A DNA stretch of 64,000 bases from Selaginella moellendorffii (GCF_000143415.4 NW_003314326.1:496001-560000), one strand, 5' to 3'. Counted from the first letter of the stretch, positions 37,648-49,641 are shown. Notes: generated from the sequence alone by a model not told the origin. A program made the numbers and translations.

Positions 37648-40600
37648 ATGAACACCGAGATGGAAGGTAAGCTTCCCTCTTTTCTCTTTGCTTGTTTCGA
37701 ATGCCCTTGGACTTGGAGAGCGTTTTTGCGTGAGTGATCCGAGAGATGGATAGAAGTTTAGGCGACATGGTTTCCACGAGAGTGATCGAAGTTCGATCAA
37801 AGTCAACTTTGTTGTCTTGTCCGGAGCGAAGTTTCAGGTCCTATGTCTCATGTTTCTTCTCTGGCAGGAGGTGACAAGAAGGCTATAAACCAGGCATTGT
37901 GGCTTGAATGCGCGGGACCTCTCATCACTTTGCCAGCGATTGGTAGCCAAGTTGTCTACTTCCCACAAGGTCACAGCGAACAAGTGAGTATCAATCAACA
38001 TACGTAGGAACTCTCAAAAGACAAAAAGAAACCTTTTTCTTTTCTCGTACCAGGTGATAGCTTCCACGCACAAGGAGGCTGATTTCGAAGTTCCCAGCTA
38101 TCCGAATCTCCCACCTCAGCTCTTTTGTATTCTTCACAACATCACTCTCCATGTAAGGCAGACAACGAGAATTCAAACTTGAGAAAAACACTGACTTGTG
38201 AGACTTTTTCGTGTAGGCCGATCAAGAAAACGACGAGGTTTTCGCGCAGATGACGCTGCAGCCCTTCTCACAGACTGCGGTAATCGCACCCAGTTCTTCC
38301 GATAATTGCGTGAAAACTCTTGGTTTTCGTCTTGCAGCTGCTGAAGGACCCGTTTCTTTTGCCGGACTTTGGAATCCAGACGAAGCAAACCATCGTTTCT
38401 TTCTCCAAGACGTTAACAGCGAGTGATACGAGCACTCACGGTGGTTTTTCCATTCCCCGCAGAGCAGCGGAGAAAGTTTTCCCCCCTCTTGTAAGAAGTT
38501 CTAAGCTTCTCGTATCATCTGATCAATGGGATTTTTCCTGTCCAGGATTTTACCAAGACACCTCCAGCTCAAGAGCTCGTTGCCAGAGACTTACACAACA
38601 ACGAGTGGCATTTCCGCCATATCTATCGAGGTATGTGCCTATCACAGACGTAGAATTGCAAAGTTCCAACTTTTACGCGCAGGCCAGCCTCGAAGGCACT
38701 TGCTCACGACCGGGTGGAGCGTTTTCGTCAGCGCTAAGCGGCTTCAAGCTGGCGACACGGTGCTGTTCTTGAGGTAGAAAAAACTCGTTCCATTTTATAG
38801 AGCTTGAGATTTTCTTGCAGGGACGAGCAGGGACAACACATGCTGGGAATTCGACGGGCAAACCGGCAGCAAACGAATCTCCCGACATCTCTATTGTCGA
38901 GCGACAGCATGCTCATCGGTGTTCTTGCCGCGGCTGCTCACGCAGCATCCACCAACAGCCGCTTCACGATCTTCTATAATCCGAGGTAGCTTTGTTCTCT
39001 TCCTGTTTTGGAGCTGGCTGATGCGTTCTTCGCAGGGCGAGCCCCTCGGAGTTTGTGATTCCACTGGCGAAGTATCAGAAAGCACTGCATCCTCCGCAAC
39101 TGACTGTAGGAATGCGATTTAGAATGGAGATGGAAACCGAGGACTCAAGCACAAGGAGGTAGCAACAGTAGAGAAACAAAAAGTATAGATCTATTTACCC
39201 GTTTGATCCACAGGTACATGGGAACAATCACTGGTATAGGAGATTTGGATCCCGTAAGATGGCCAAACTCCCACTGGAGATCTCTCAAGGTGAGAGCTTT
39301 ACCAAAGCAAGCCGAGTCTTCTCACTTTTCTTTGTCCTCTCAGGTCGGCTGGGACGAATCTACCGCTGGACAGAAGCAACGCAGAGTGTCAGCATGGGAG
39401 ATTGAGCCACTGACAGTACCTTTTCTTCTCTGCAACTCTTCGTTTTTGTTGAGGTCCAAGCGTCCGAGAGGTACTGGTAAGTGAGAGAGCTTTCTCCGGT
39501 GTGCTTAATACTCTCTCTCTCTCTCTCGCAGAGGAGGAGCTCCAGATGAAGGCTCCCTCGATCTGGGCCAGAGGAGAAGAAGGCAAGTTTAGCATGCAAA
39601 ATATGAACTTTCCTGGGCTCAGTGGGATGGATCACTGGCTCCAACTCCAGCAAAAAGCCGGGGGCTCCGCGGCAGTAACTCCACCGCCTCCTGTCATCCA
39701 ACCTGGTTACTACAGCTCCATCCTCCAAGAAATGCGGACCATTGATGCTACTCCAAAGCAGCTCATGCAAAGTCCGCAAGCCTTCCAGCCGATGCAATTC
39801 AACCAGTCGATGCCACCGCTACTCCAGCAGCAGCAGCAACAGGCCCAGCAGATGATGCACCTGCCTCCAAACGTCCCGGAAGCAGCGAGCATGCATGCTC
39901 CATACATCCCAGCTGCTCTCAAGACCCCTCCGGATCAAGAGGTGAATCGAAACAGCAACTCATACCCGCCCTTCATCATCGAGGACGGCGTCTCGTATAC
40001 TTCGATGCTCCAGGGCTCGGCTCCAGCATCACTCCCAAAGCAGCAACACCATCAGCAGCAAGCAGGGATGTTGACTTGCTCGAGTTTGGATCACCAGACC
40101 AACTGGATGCCATCCCTGCGAGAAGGTGACGCGAGCATTCCGGTGGATGCATCGCTTCTACCGCCGTCGGCATCACAGCAAGCTCTGGATCAAGACAACG
40201 ATCCCAGAAGTCACGTCCTCTTTGGCGTCAACATAGATGGCCAAGTCCCGCCATCTTACGCTCCCCCGCCTTTCTCCAAGCCAAAGGATTTCTCCGGAGC
40301 TCAAGCCGACATAGCTCTCCTCCATGCCGCCGAAGAGAATGGAGTCCCCCAACCAAGCTGGCCGCAACAAGTCTATCCCCCGCCAGTGAGAACTTTCACC
40401 AAGGTTTGCCTCCTTCCACTTGAAACACTTCGATGGGACGATCGATCGAGTAACACTTGCTTGCAGGTCCACAAGGTCGGATCGGTCGGGAGATCGCTCG
40501 ACATCACCCGCTTCAAAAACTACCACGAGCTTCGCAACGAGCTCACGCGAATGTTCGGCCTGGAGCACGATCACAAGTCGGGTTGGCAGCTCGTCTTCAT

Positions 40601-40993
40601 CGACAACGAGAATGACATGCTGCTACTGGGCGATGATCCTTGGGAGTAAGTTCTTCCTTCCTTTCACTCTTGAGGCGTTGCTAACGTTGACATCGCTGCA
40701 GTGAATTCATCGGCTGCGTCAAGTCGATACGAATCCTCTCCTCGTCCGAGATCCTCCAGATGAACCAAGAACATATGGAGTGGCTAAACTCCATTCCACT
40801 CCACCAGCAGCAAAAGCAAGCTAGCAGCTCCTCGGATGATCACCGGCCCTGCGGCGACGTCCCTGCGATCACTACTGCTACCCCCACTGCCGCTACCACT
40901 ACTACTGCTACCACCACTGCTCAAGCAGGCAACGTACCCCGAGCGATGAGCAGCTACAACAGTGACCCGTCGTGCGTAAGCGATGGGATCTAA
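37648..40993 (+). CDS. ARF: Auxin response factor, class A (activator type): B3 DBD, Q-rich middle region, PB1; multi-exon
   Basis: [128 protein letters not shown]. Confidence 0.96.
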
Positions 40994-41236
40994 CGTAACC
41001 AAGGGAAGAACTTGTCTCGATTTCTAGCAAGTAGGAAGCTTACAGCGAAGTCGCGCTTTTTATTCGCGCGTCTCCCTACCTATGTAGAAATTTTTACGCT
41101 GGACAGAATCAACAAAAACCGATACTTAGACGCGCTTAGGAACCACGTACCTCGCTACGTGATTAACAAACGCGTGTATGTTGTATGTCTTCCTTCCACC
41201 TACGTATATACACCCCCGACTGATGATCGAGGCAAA

Positions 41237-42994
41237 TCAGCTTGAGCGGAGTGACCCGTTCACGAAGCCATCAGGAAGTGTAGAGGCAGCGGAGGAGGCG
41301 GCGGCGGCGGCGGCGGACTTCGTAGTAAGTAGATCCGTCCTTGCAGCGAGAAACACCGCCAGGTACTCGGGATCACGTTGGAGAGCCTCTACAAATTCGT
41401 CACGGCTCACCCGCTCCATTCCTTTGCTCAGCTTCTTCCACACCTCCTGTATTTGCCTCCCACTGATGCTGGGAATCAAGTCCTTAAGGCTGCTGAAAAC
41501 GTCCTCAAAGCTCAAGATGCCATCGTTGTCCTGGTCGCAGAGCCCGTACGCCGCGTCGATTGTCTCACGGAGCTTTTCAAACCTTGATATGAATGCCAGC
41601 CCGTTGACATACTGCCGGAAGTTGAAGTAGCCCCTCCCTAAGCCGTCAAACAGCGAGAACACTTGCTGGACCGGCTGGCAATCGGGCAGCCCCAGCACCT
41701 TGACAAACGTCTCGTAAGTCACCCTGTTGGTCGCGGCCGGATCCAAGAGCTTGAACTTGGCGTAGTAAGCCTTGGCCTCCTTCATCGTCAACCTGTAGAG
41801 CCTCTCAAACCTGCCAAACTCGATCACCGGAATGGTGGAGTAGTCTTTGGCCTTCTGTGCGTCCGACACCAGGCTCAGGTCCTCATAACTGTGCTCCGAC
41901 ACCATCACGTTGAGAATGCTGGCCATTGTCATCCGGGTTCTCTCCGTGAAGAGCCTCGGGTTGCACTGCTCCTTCCAGCTCGGCTCGATCACCGGGAGGT
42001 ACTCCACCACCATGTAGTTGTGGAACTGGATCATAAGCTTGAAGATGAGGAAGTATATAGACGGGCCCTGTGCTACCCACGATGGATCCATGTGAACTTG
42101 AGGATAGCGTACCACCATCGGTTGGATCGGGTAGCCGGGCGTAAACGCTCCAGTCTTGAAAGAAACCAGCGACTTACCATTAGTGGTGGTCGCCTCTGGG
42201 AAGATCATCACGGTGCTCCAGTCGTTACACATAGCTCGCCGCTTGATCTCTCCGGCCGCGTTCCTGCGCGAGTCTGGCGAGCCCCGGTTGATGGCAATGA
42301 CTTGCATGGCACTGATGATCGCGCCAATGACCGGGTACTTGAGATTCTCCTCCGCCGTCACGATCACGGGCAAATGCTTGTAGAAGATGAAAACGGGGTC
42401 CACGAACGTGACGTGGTTGGAGACCAGAATCGGAGCTCTCTCGCGAGGAGCCGGCTTGCCTTTGATGGTGATCCAGTGGAATCCACACACGAAGAGAAGC
42501 ACCCTCGCGAGAATCCTCACTGGCCACAGCAGAGACCTCCTCCATGCAGGAAAGGGCCTGGTGAGCACGTCCCTGGCGCCGATGAGCGCGATCTTGGTCA
42601 GGACAAGACCCAGCAGGAGAATCGCCGTGAATGCGATCATCCGCAAGATCGCGACCGGGAGCATGACGATCGCCTTGAAGAGCTCGTAGGGATTGGAAAT
42701 ACCCGGCACTGCGTTGAGGAAGGGATTGAAGGGCATGTCGGGCTCCACAACCGGCGGACTCCCGAGCGACGATAGCACTGGCGCTGGCGCTGGTGCTGCT
42801 TCTGTCACCGCATGCCCCGAATCGAAGGCATTGTGATCGGGAGAGGGCTTCTTCACAGACCTCTCTTGGATCGCTGTAGCTGGCGATTCCTCCGCCGACG
42901 GCGATTTCATCACCCGACGCTTCGATAATCCGCCGATGCCAGCGTGGTGGACGCTAAGCGGCGCTCCCCCGACGTTCTCCAGGCGCAGCGCCAT
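41237..42994 (-). CDS. LPEAT2: Lysophospholipid acyltransferase LPEAT2-like with C-terminal EF hands; single exon
   Basis: SNHVTFVD (HxxxxD), FPEATTTNG, GAFTPGYPIQP, EF-hand DQDNDGILSFED; first ATG at 42994 (track start is TTG). Confidence 0.9.
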   Translation of the reverse strand: MALRLENVGGAPLSVHHAGIGGLSKRRVMKSPSAEESPATAIQERSVKKPSPDHNAFDSGHAVTEAAPAPAPVLSSLGSPPVVEPDMPFNPFLNAVPGISNPYELFKAIVMLPVAILRMIAFTAILLLGLVLTKIALIGARDVLTRPFPAWRRSLLWPVRILARVLLFVCGFHWITIKGKPAPRERAPILVSNHVTFVDPVFIFYKHLPVIVTAEENLKYPVIGAIISAMQVIAINRGSPDSRRNAAGEIKRRAMCNDWSTVMIFPEATTTNGKSLVSFKTGAFTPGYPIQPMVVRYPQVHMDPSWVAQGPSIYFLIFKLMIQFHNYMVVEYLPVIEPSWKEQCNPRLFTERTRMTMASILNVMVSEHSYEDLSLVSDAQKAKDYSTIPVIEFGRFERLYRLTMKEAKAYYAKFKLLDPAATNRVTYETFVKVLGLPDCQPVQQVFSLFDGLGRGYFNFRQYVNGLAFISRFEKLRETIDAAYGLCDQDNDGILSFEDVFSSLKDLIPSISGRQIQEVWKKLSKGMERVSRDEFVEALQRDPEYLAVFLAARTDLLTTKSAAAAAASSAASTLPDGFVNGSLRSS

Positions 42995-43546
42995 AGCCAC
43001 AAGCTCCAGTGCGCGCAATGGAGAATATCCAGGAGCCCTAGAAAAAAAGGCCCTAAATTAGATTAAAACGAGCGCAATCGGTTCTTCCGCGTGGCGCAAG
43101 CGGCACCGTTGGATCCGCCCGCAGCACACATTTAAAAGACCATGTGTATGAACATTGATGAATCTTTCGGTGGAGCAGCCTCTGGAGCGGCATTTAATTT
43201 GTCAACTCGCGCTATAATTCTTGGATTGGGTCCAAAAACGTTTCAAAACCGCGTGTGAATTTTGTTTCCCTTTCTCCATTCACTGTCTATCCAGGCCAGA
43301 GTTTTCGTTTTCCCTGTGGAGTGATTGATTGATCTGTTCGTGTATCACGTCACGGGCATTTGGTGTCCTCTAGACAAGAGCTAAAATTGGGGGTGCCGTG
43401 TTCCATGAGAAGATACGCCAACGCCCAAGCCCCAAAGAGTGGAGCCCAAAGCGTGGAGCCGGAGTAAATGGACACGAAAGATTCCGATTCCTTTGTCGTT
43501 CATCCTTTGATCGCCCGGGATCCATGCTCGAATCCACAGGAAACGC

Positions 43547-45400
43547 ATGAGTTTGATATCAGGGGGGAATTTCTTCTCATTTCCAAATCGCCCAGATCGA
43601 TTGGGGCTACACGGAAGGAGCCCAATCTTGTTGTTGTCAGGCTTTGCGAAAGCTGGGGATCTCATCCAGGCAAAGAAGGTGTTTGATTCTCTGTCCCACA
43701 AGAGCATACTGGCCTGGACCATCTTGATGACTGCTTATGCCCAATGTGGGCATATAGACAATGCCATTGAGACGTTCTATTCCATGCCGGAACATGATCT
43801 AGTTTCTTGGTCTGCTCTTATCAATGTCTATTCTACCTTTAGCGTGATCTGCGCGGCAAAACTGATGTTTGAATCAATGCCAGAGTGGAACCTGGTAGCT
43901 TGGAGTTCTCTTCTTGCAGCATATGCCCAGAGCGGGGATTTAAGAAAGACAAAGAATGTGTTTGATTTCATGCAATCGCGAAACATCGTCTGTTACTCGA
44001 CACTGCTCACAATGTACACAAGATTTTGTAGTTTAGATCATGCAAAACCATTTTTTGATCAAATGCCAGAGTGGAATCTAGTGTCGTGGAATGTGCTTCT
44101 TTCAGCTTATGCAAAGATTGGAAATCTTGAAAGCGTTCAAGAGGTGTTCTTGATAATGGAGGCTTGGAACCTCGTCTCCGGCGCAACTATGATAACTGGA
44201 TACACAAAATATGGCCATATTGGAAAGGCTCAAACCATTTTTGAAAGCCTGCCAGTGTGGAATGCCGTCGCATGCACGGCGATGCTGACTGGATATGCCC
44301 AAACGGGGCATGTCTTGCTTGCTAAGCAGGTCTTTGACACGATGCCCGTGAGAGGCATTGTGACGTGGAATGCCATGCTGGCGTGTTATGCCCGAAACGG
44401 GTACACGGAAGATGCAAAGGCGATATTTCATGGGATGAAAGAGCACGACATTGTTTCGCTGACGACGATGCTAAGCTGCTCACGCTGTTTGGCCGATGCT
44501 GAGAGTCTTTTCAATCGATATCCGGAGAGAAATCTTTGCAGTGAGAATGTGATGCTGGATGCATTTGTCTCTGGAGGAAAGATCGAGCAAGCGAAGAGAT
44601 TCTTTGATGGAATGAAATACCATGATTTCCAATCGCTGGTTGTCATGGTTCTGGGATTTTCCCACGCCGGGAGGCTGGAAGAAGCAAAGTATGTTTTTGA
44701 AGAGGCCCGCGAGTTTAATCCTGTGCTGTGGACTTGCATGGGTTCGGCATATGCTCAATCTGGGCATTTTGAGGAAGCCAGGCAAATTTTTGGCAATGCT
44801 TCGGATGTAGTCTTTTTAGATGACAATGCAAATGAAAAGATTGCTTGGCATTTACATGATCACAATGATCTTGTTTTCTGCAATGCTCATCTTTCAGTTT
44901 GCCTCCAAGACGGAGATTTTGTGGAGGGAGTCCAGAAGTTCCATCGCATGAAACAAAGAGACCAAGTTACCTGGAACTCGGTTGTATCAGCTTATATCCG
45001 GAGGGGTCAAGTGATCACGGCAGCTCGTTTGTTTGATCGCCTTCCAGTGAGAGATGTTACAAGCTGGAACTTGGTTCTAGCCGGCTTGTGTTGGAAGATC
45101 GACTCTGAGGTTCGAAATGAAGTGTTTCACAAGATGATCCTGATGGAAATGCCGGACGAGGTCACGCTTCTCTGCAAACTATACTTGTGTAGTCATGAAG
45201 GAAACTTGGCCAATTTCTCGAGATGGTTTGCTTCACTGAGAAGTGACTTTGGGCTGGAACCAACCAAGCAGCACTACTCAACAGCGATTGATATCCTTTC
45301 TAGAGCGGGGGATTTAAGAGAAGCTTGGGATCTTTTAAACACAATGCCGTTCTATCCAGATGAGATGGAGTGGACAAAGATCACAAAACACAAACACTGA
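43547..45400 (+). CDS. PLS-class pentatricopeptide repeat protein, ending in a truncated E region, no DYW
   Basis: Tandem ~31-aa repeats (W..ll.AYAQ.G....A..vFd.Mp..nlvs); HYSTAIDILSRAG..EAWDLLNTMPFYPD..W near the end. Confidence 0.92.
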   Translation: MSLISGGNFFSFPNRPDRLGLHGRSPILLLSGFAKAGDLIQAKKVFDSLSHKSILAWTILMTAYAQCGHIDNAIETFYSMPEHDLVSWSALINVYSTFSVICAAKLMFESMPEWNLVAWSSLLAAYAQSGDLRKTKNVFDFMQSRNIVCYSTLLTMYTRFCSLDHAKPFFDQMPEWNLVSWNVLLSAYAKIGNLESVQEVFLIMEAWNLVSGATMITGYTKYGHIGKAQTIFESLPVWNAVACTAMLTGYAQTGHVLLAKQVFDTMPVRGIVTWNAMLACYARNGYTEDAKAIFHGMKEHDIVSLTTMLSCSRCLADAESLFNRYPERNLCSENVMLDAFVSGGKIEQAKRFFDGMKYHDFQSLVVMVLGFSHAGRLEEAKYVFEEAREFNPVLWTCMGSAYAQSGHFEEARQIFGNASDVVFLDDNANEKIAWHLHDHNDLVFCNAHLSVCLQDGDFVEGVQKFHRMKQRDQVTWNSVVSAYIRRGQVITAARLFDRLPVRDVTSWNLVLAGLCWKIDSEVRNEVFHKMILMEMPDEVTLLCKLYLCSHEGNLANFSRWFASLRSDFGLEPTKQHYSTAIDILSRAGDLREAWDLLNTMPFYPDEMEWTKITKHKH

Positions 45401-45697
45401 TCTTGTCAAGTTCCCAATCGAAGTTCTTATACATAGTTTGCTCATCACTTCGAGTTTTTCAAGGAGCTTTGAAGCTCCGCTGGTTAGAATTGTTGTTTGT
45501 TTACAACACAGAATGACTTGAAGCTTGGGGGATTTAAACAACACAACCATGTCGTCCACAAACTTTGATCCAAAAACTTGGTCATCTCATCCAAGCATCT
45601 TGAAACGGATCTAAACAAAAATGAATGCAAAGAACAGACTAGAAACGAAATCGAAAGAACCAACCTCAAGATCACTTGTTAGTTGCGAGTAGCTCCG

Positions 45698-45728
45698 CTT
45701 CTTCTTCTTCTTCTTCTTCTTCTTCTTC
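45698..45728. repeat. (CTT)n microsatellite in the RPL12 3' region
   Basis: About 10 perfect CTT units. Confidence 0.9.
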
Positions 45729-45745
45729 CAATTCTTTGATCAGTT

Positions 45746-46474
45746 TCACTCCATGACGGCGGTCCCTCCCACAGCCTTCAACTTGTTAATGATCTTCTCG
45801 GCCTCCTCTTTCGTGACGCTCTTCTTCACCATCGCCGGGAGCTTCTCCACGAGCTCCTTGGCCTCCTTGAGCCCCAGCTCCGTCACCGATCTCACCTCCT
45901 TGATCACCTTGATCTTGTCCGCGGCCTCATACTTCTCCAGCTTGATATCAAACACCATCTTCTCCACTGGCTTCTCGGGTGCCGCGGCGGCGGCGGACGC
46001 ATCGGCAGCGGCACCGCCACTTCCAGCTCCGCCAGGAGCCATCATCCCCGCCGGCATCACCATCCCCGCGGGCATCATCATCGGCACCGAGATGTTGGCG
46101 TGATCAAGCCCGAGGCGCTTCTTGAGCTGCTCCGTGAGATCCGCGAAGTCGACCACCGAGAGCTCCACGAGCTCGTTGACGAGCTTCATCACTCTCTCGG
46201 ATGGAACGCGCTCTTGGGCTGCGGCGGCGGCTGCTTCCGGCTTCTCGGATTTGCCCGCTGCTGCTGCTGCTGCTGCTTCTGGCTTCTCGGATTTGGCCTT
46301 GTCACTCGCTGGCGATGCTTTGTCTGGTTTTCCCGGGGCCTTCTTCGCCGCTGCCTCGGCCGCATTTACCTGGGAGGATGTGTGGAATGCCAAGGACCAA
46401 CCTGTGAGAAGCGCGCTCCTCCATTGCTCGTCGGTCCGCAGAGCCAAGTGCCGAGCTCCACGAAGAACGCTCAT
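45746..46474 (-). CDS. RPL12: Organellar (probably mitochondrial) ribosomal protein L7/L12
   Basis: Arg-rich presequence; [40 protein letters not shown]-terminal domain. Confidence 0.93.
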   Translation of the reverse strand: MSVLRGARHLALRTDEQWRSALLTGWSLAFHTSSQVNAAEAAAKKAPGKPDKASPASDKAKSEKPEAAAAAAAGKSEKPEAAAAAAQERVPSERVMKLVNELVELSVVDFADLTEQLKKRLGLDHANISVPMMMPAGMVMPAGMMAPGGAGSGGAAADASAAAAAPEKPVEKMVFDIKLEKYEAADKIKVIKEVRSVTELGLKEAKELVEKLPAMVKKSVTKEEAEKIINKLKAVGGTAVME

Positions 46475-46479
46475 TCCTC

Positions 46480-46535
46480 CCTAGGGTTTTAGGGGAGAGC
46501 CCAAAAGCCCTAATGGTAAAGCCCAAAACCCTAAT
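46480..46535. promoter_or_regulatory. Telo-box and site II motifs upstream of RPL12
   Basis: tagggttttaggg, aaaccctaa and agccca motifs, typical of plant ribosomal protein promoters. Confidence 0.55.
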
Positions 46536-46671
46536 GGCTAATGGTTGGTAAAAACTCGATTATTCGCTTGGTTATTTTCTAGAGGACAGTGTTTGTGTTT
46601 GTGGTTTGTGGCAGTAGCGTCAATGATATATGATCCAATTGGAAAATCAATTGGGTATGAGAAGACGTTGA

Positions 46672-48112
46672 TCAGTCGCGCTCGATCTGGATGGTAACAT
46701 GGGTGATCTTAAAATCGCGCTCGCAGTACTCGATCACGTTGCGCAGCACCTCGTCCGCGTCCGCATCGCGCTCGATCTTGACATGGCACGCCAGCAGAAC
46801 TTTGCCGAGCGTGATCGCCCAGATGTGGAGCTCATGCACCGCCTGGACGCTGCCAATCCGCCGCAGCCCCTCCTCCAGCCTCGTCGCGTCGATCTCCCGC
46901 GGCGTGCTCTCCATGAGCACGTCCGAGATCTCCGTCCACATGTTGACGGTGGTGAGCAGCACCAGCACCGAGAAGAGCAGCGTGCACACCAGATCCACCA
47001 CCTTCCACTCGGGCTTGTACCAGATGATCGCCCCCGCGATCATCACTCCGATGCTCTGGATCAGATCGCCCAAGACGTGCAAGTAAGCGCCCCTCACGTT
47101 GATGCTGCTGGTCTTGCTGTTCTTGCTCGTACCGTGGTCACGGAGCTCGTCCAGATCTTTGTCGAGCTTGATACGGTTGGGGCCGTGATCCGAGTCGACA
47201 CGTATCAGAAAAGAATCACTTTTTCTCCCATGGTGATCGTGCTGTTCCTGTCCCTGGTGGCCGTGCTCTTGGTGGCCGTGATCTTGTTCCTGGTGGTCGT
47301 GATCTCGCCCGTGTTCTTCGTGATCGTGCTGCTGGTGGTCGTGATCGCTGTCAGCGTGATTATGATCTTTGTCCTTGTCACCGACAGTAGTGCATCCTCC
47401 ACTGTGAGTGTGAGAGTGGGATTGGTGGGAGTGTCCTCCTCCACTGTGGCTGTGGCCGTGGCCGTGGCTATGGCTGTGACCGTGGCTATGGCCGTGGCCA
47501 TGATCTCCCAGGATGAGCATCATTCCAATGTTGACGAGCAACCCAAGCGTTGCGATGATGAACATGAGCCCACCATTCACTGGCTGGCTGTCGTGGAAGA
47601 AACGCGAGACCGCCTCGTAGACGAGGATCCCAGTGATGAGCCAGATGATGTGAATTGAAACCAGCGCCCCCAGGATCTCCACCCGGTGGAAGCCATAGGA
47701 TTGCTTGGGGGTCGCGTCCCAGCCCGAGGCGTAGATCGCGAAGAGCGAGATCGCGAACGAGGCCACATCCGAGAGGAGATGAGCCGCGTCCGTGAGGATC
47801 GCCAAGCTCCCGGCTATAATCCCTCCCCCTACCTCCAGAATCATGAAGACGATACAGAGCCCAATCGCGATCACCAGCTTCCTCGTCGTCGCGCGCCGCT
47901 TGGCCAGGTCCTCCGGGTCCGATAGGCCGCAGCCATCACCGCAAGAGACCATGCCGCGCTGCCTGATCATCGATCCATCCCAATCGACCAACGACAATCA
48001 CACTAAATCAGCTGGAATTCCCAATGCGATCGATCAGGTCGGCTCACCGTGAAATGGAATCCACCTCCTCCGCCGCGCGTCCATGGCTGCTCCTCAGCAA
48101 TGGCTCCTCCAT
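46672..48112 (-). CDS. MTP1: Cation diffusion facilitator Zn transporter, MTP1-like, long His-rich loop; exons 48112-48048, 47962-46672
   Basis: [63 protein letters not shown]; spliced start [10 protein letters not shown]... Confidence 0.92.
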
Positions 48113-48194
48113 GATGCTCTGCTTAGCCCTAAATTTCGCCCTATCTTTAAGGCCCTTTTCTTCACTGGATTGCTTTTTAGGGCTCTAGCGGAGC

Positions 48195-49641
48195 ATGCGT
48201 CAGGGACGCAGGAGTCTCAGGTTTAGCAAGATTTTGGGGCTGGCATTCCTTCTCCTAGTAGTCGGATTGCTCGCGCTTCGCCGGTGGCAGCCTCACGAGT
48301 TACACATGGGTGAGTGTTTAGATTAGATTCGGTGGAAAATTTATGATCTCTAAATTCTTCCTGTCAGCATCCTATAATTCGCAGCGCTCGACAATCTATC
48401 AGAAAATGGCTGACGAAGGTCGGGCATTCCTTGCCGGTGGAGAAACCACGCAATCTCTCAAGGTAAGTTTTGAGTCTTTCGTTTCAAAAGGGAACTCCTT
48501 GGAACATTTTTCTGTTCTCCAGATCAGTGATATCTTCTCTTTCGACAATGGAAAGATTCATCCCATTCACAAGGTACCTACATTTTTCCTTCTTACGTTC
48601 ATTCCATGCCATTCTAAACACTTGTTTCGATTCAAGCTCGCAGAGCCACCTGTTCGAGCCGCGGTGCTCTACTTGCCGCAGAAATTCTCGCGAGTGATAT
48701 CGTTCGTGTGACGAGTTCTAGTTGCGGGCTCTGAAGTTGATACGTTTCTTTGTTTGTAGGGAGATCGTCACAGAGACACTCGGCTCGCATTCTTCAGGCA
48801 AGTCACGTCCATCGTTTACTATGCCGTGATTGATGTTTCATTGATGCAGCTATCTGGTACCAGAATCCCGAGATGTATCACTTTAGCCTTTACCACGCCT
48901 CGCATCATCTGGAGCCGGTGCCGGCTTCCAAGTCCGAGGTAAGCATTTCGAGATGTGTGCTTTACGTGTTGGTGTTTTTTTTTATTGTTTAGATCGCAAG
49001 AGAGCTGGAAGCTGTGGACCAAGTTGCAAGATCGTGCTCTCCTTTACGTATTCAACTGGAGCGTGTTGTATTGACTTGCACAGGAGCTCTGATCGGCTGC
49101 TGGCAGGTTTGACGTCCATGATTGGAAAAGTCGTTAAATCTTACTTTAGTGTCCAGGTTTTGGAAGGGACAGATCCACTTGTTATACGGGAACGTTTGAA
49201 GAACAAGCTCCCAAATGCACCAAAGAAACAACTGGTAAGGGTTGTAGCCCTTCATCCATTCTATGATCTCTCTTTTAAGCTTGGTTTTGCAGTATGACAA
49301 GCTCATACTCCATTGTTCTTTCGCGAGAATTTTACCACCGACAGCAAACGAAACTGTGGAGGTTTGTTAGATCGATCAATTGCTCGAGTTTTCTAAGTTA
49401 TTATCCATACAGACAAAAGATAATCGGATGACCACGGAGCTGCTGGAGCAACTAGTCATGGATCTGAACAAAGCGCTGCAAAACTTCGAGGTGATCAAAC
49501 CACTATTACTTCCAGGGTAAAGATTTATTGTTCCAATTCCAGGCTGATATCAAAGAGCTATGGTTCGTGGAAGAACTGGATATATTAGCTCTGGCACTCC
49601 AAGGCCGAGTTAAAACCCATAAGTTTTCCCTGGGAGGATAA
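48195..49641 (+). CDS. Conserved plant type II membrane protein with two Hx(S/T) motifs (2H-phosphoesterase-like); multi-exon
   Basis: MRQGRRSLRFSKILGLAFLLLVVGLLALRR anchor; spliced YHFSLYHASHH...LERVVLTCTGALIGCWQV...LYDKLILHCSFARIL...LWFVEELD.LALAL.GR. Confidence 0.75.

Noticed and set aside
40573-40593. miR167 target site in the ARF PB1 region
   Set aside because: Encodes the KSGWQLV peptide, but synonymous positions give about 6 mismatches plus 3 G:U pairs against miR167; consistent with miR167 control not applying here
41663-42775. 370-aa antisense ORF (also 319-aa at 46699-47658)
   Set aside because: Shadow ORFs of high-GC3 coding strands of LPEAT2 and MTP1
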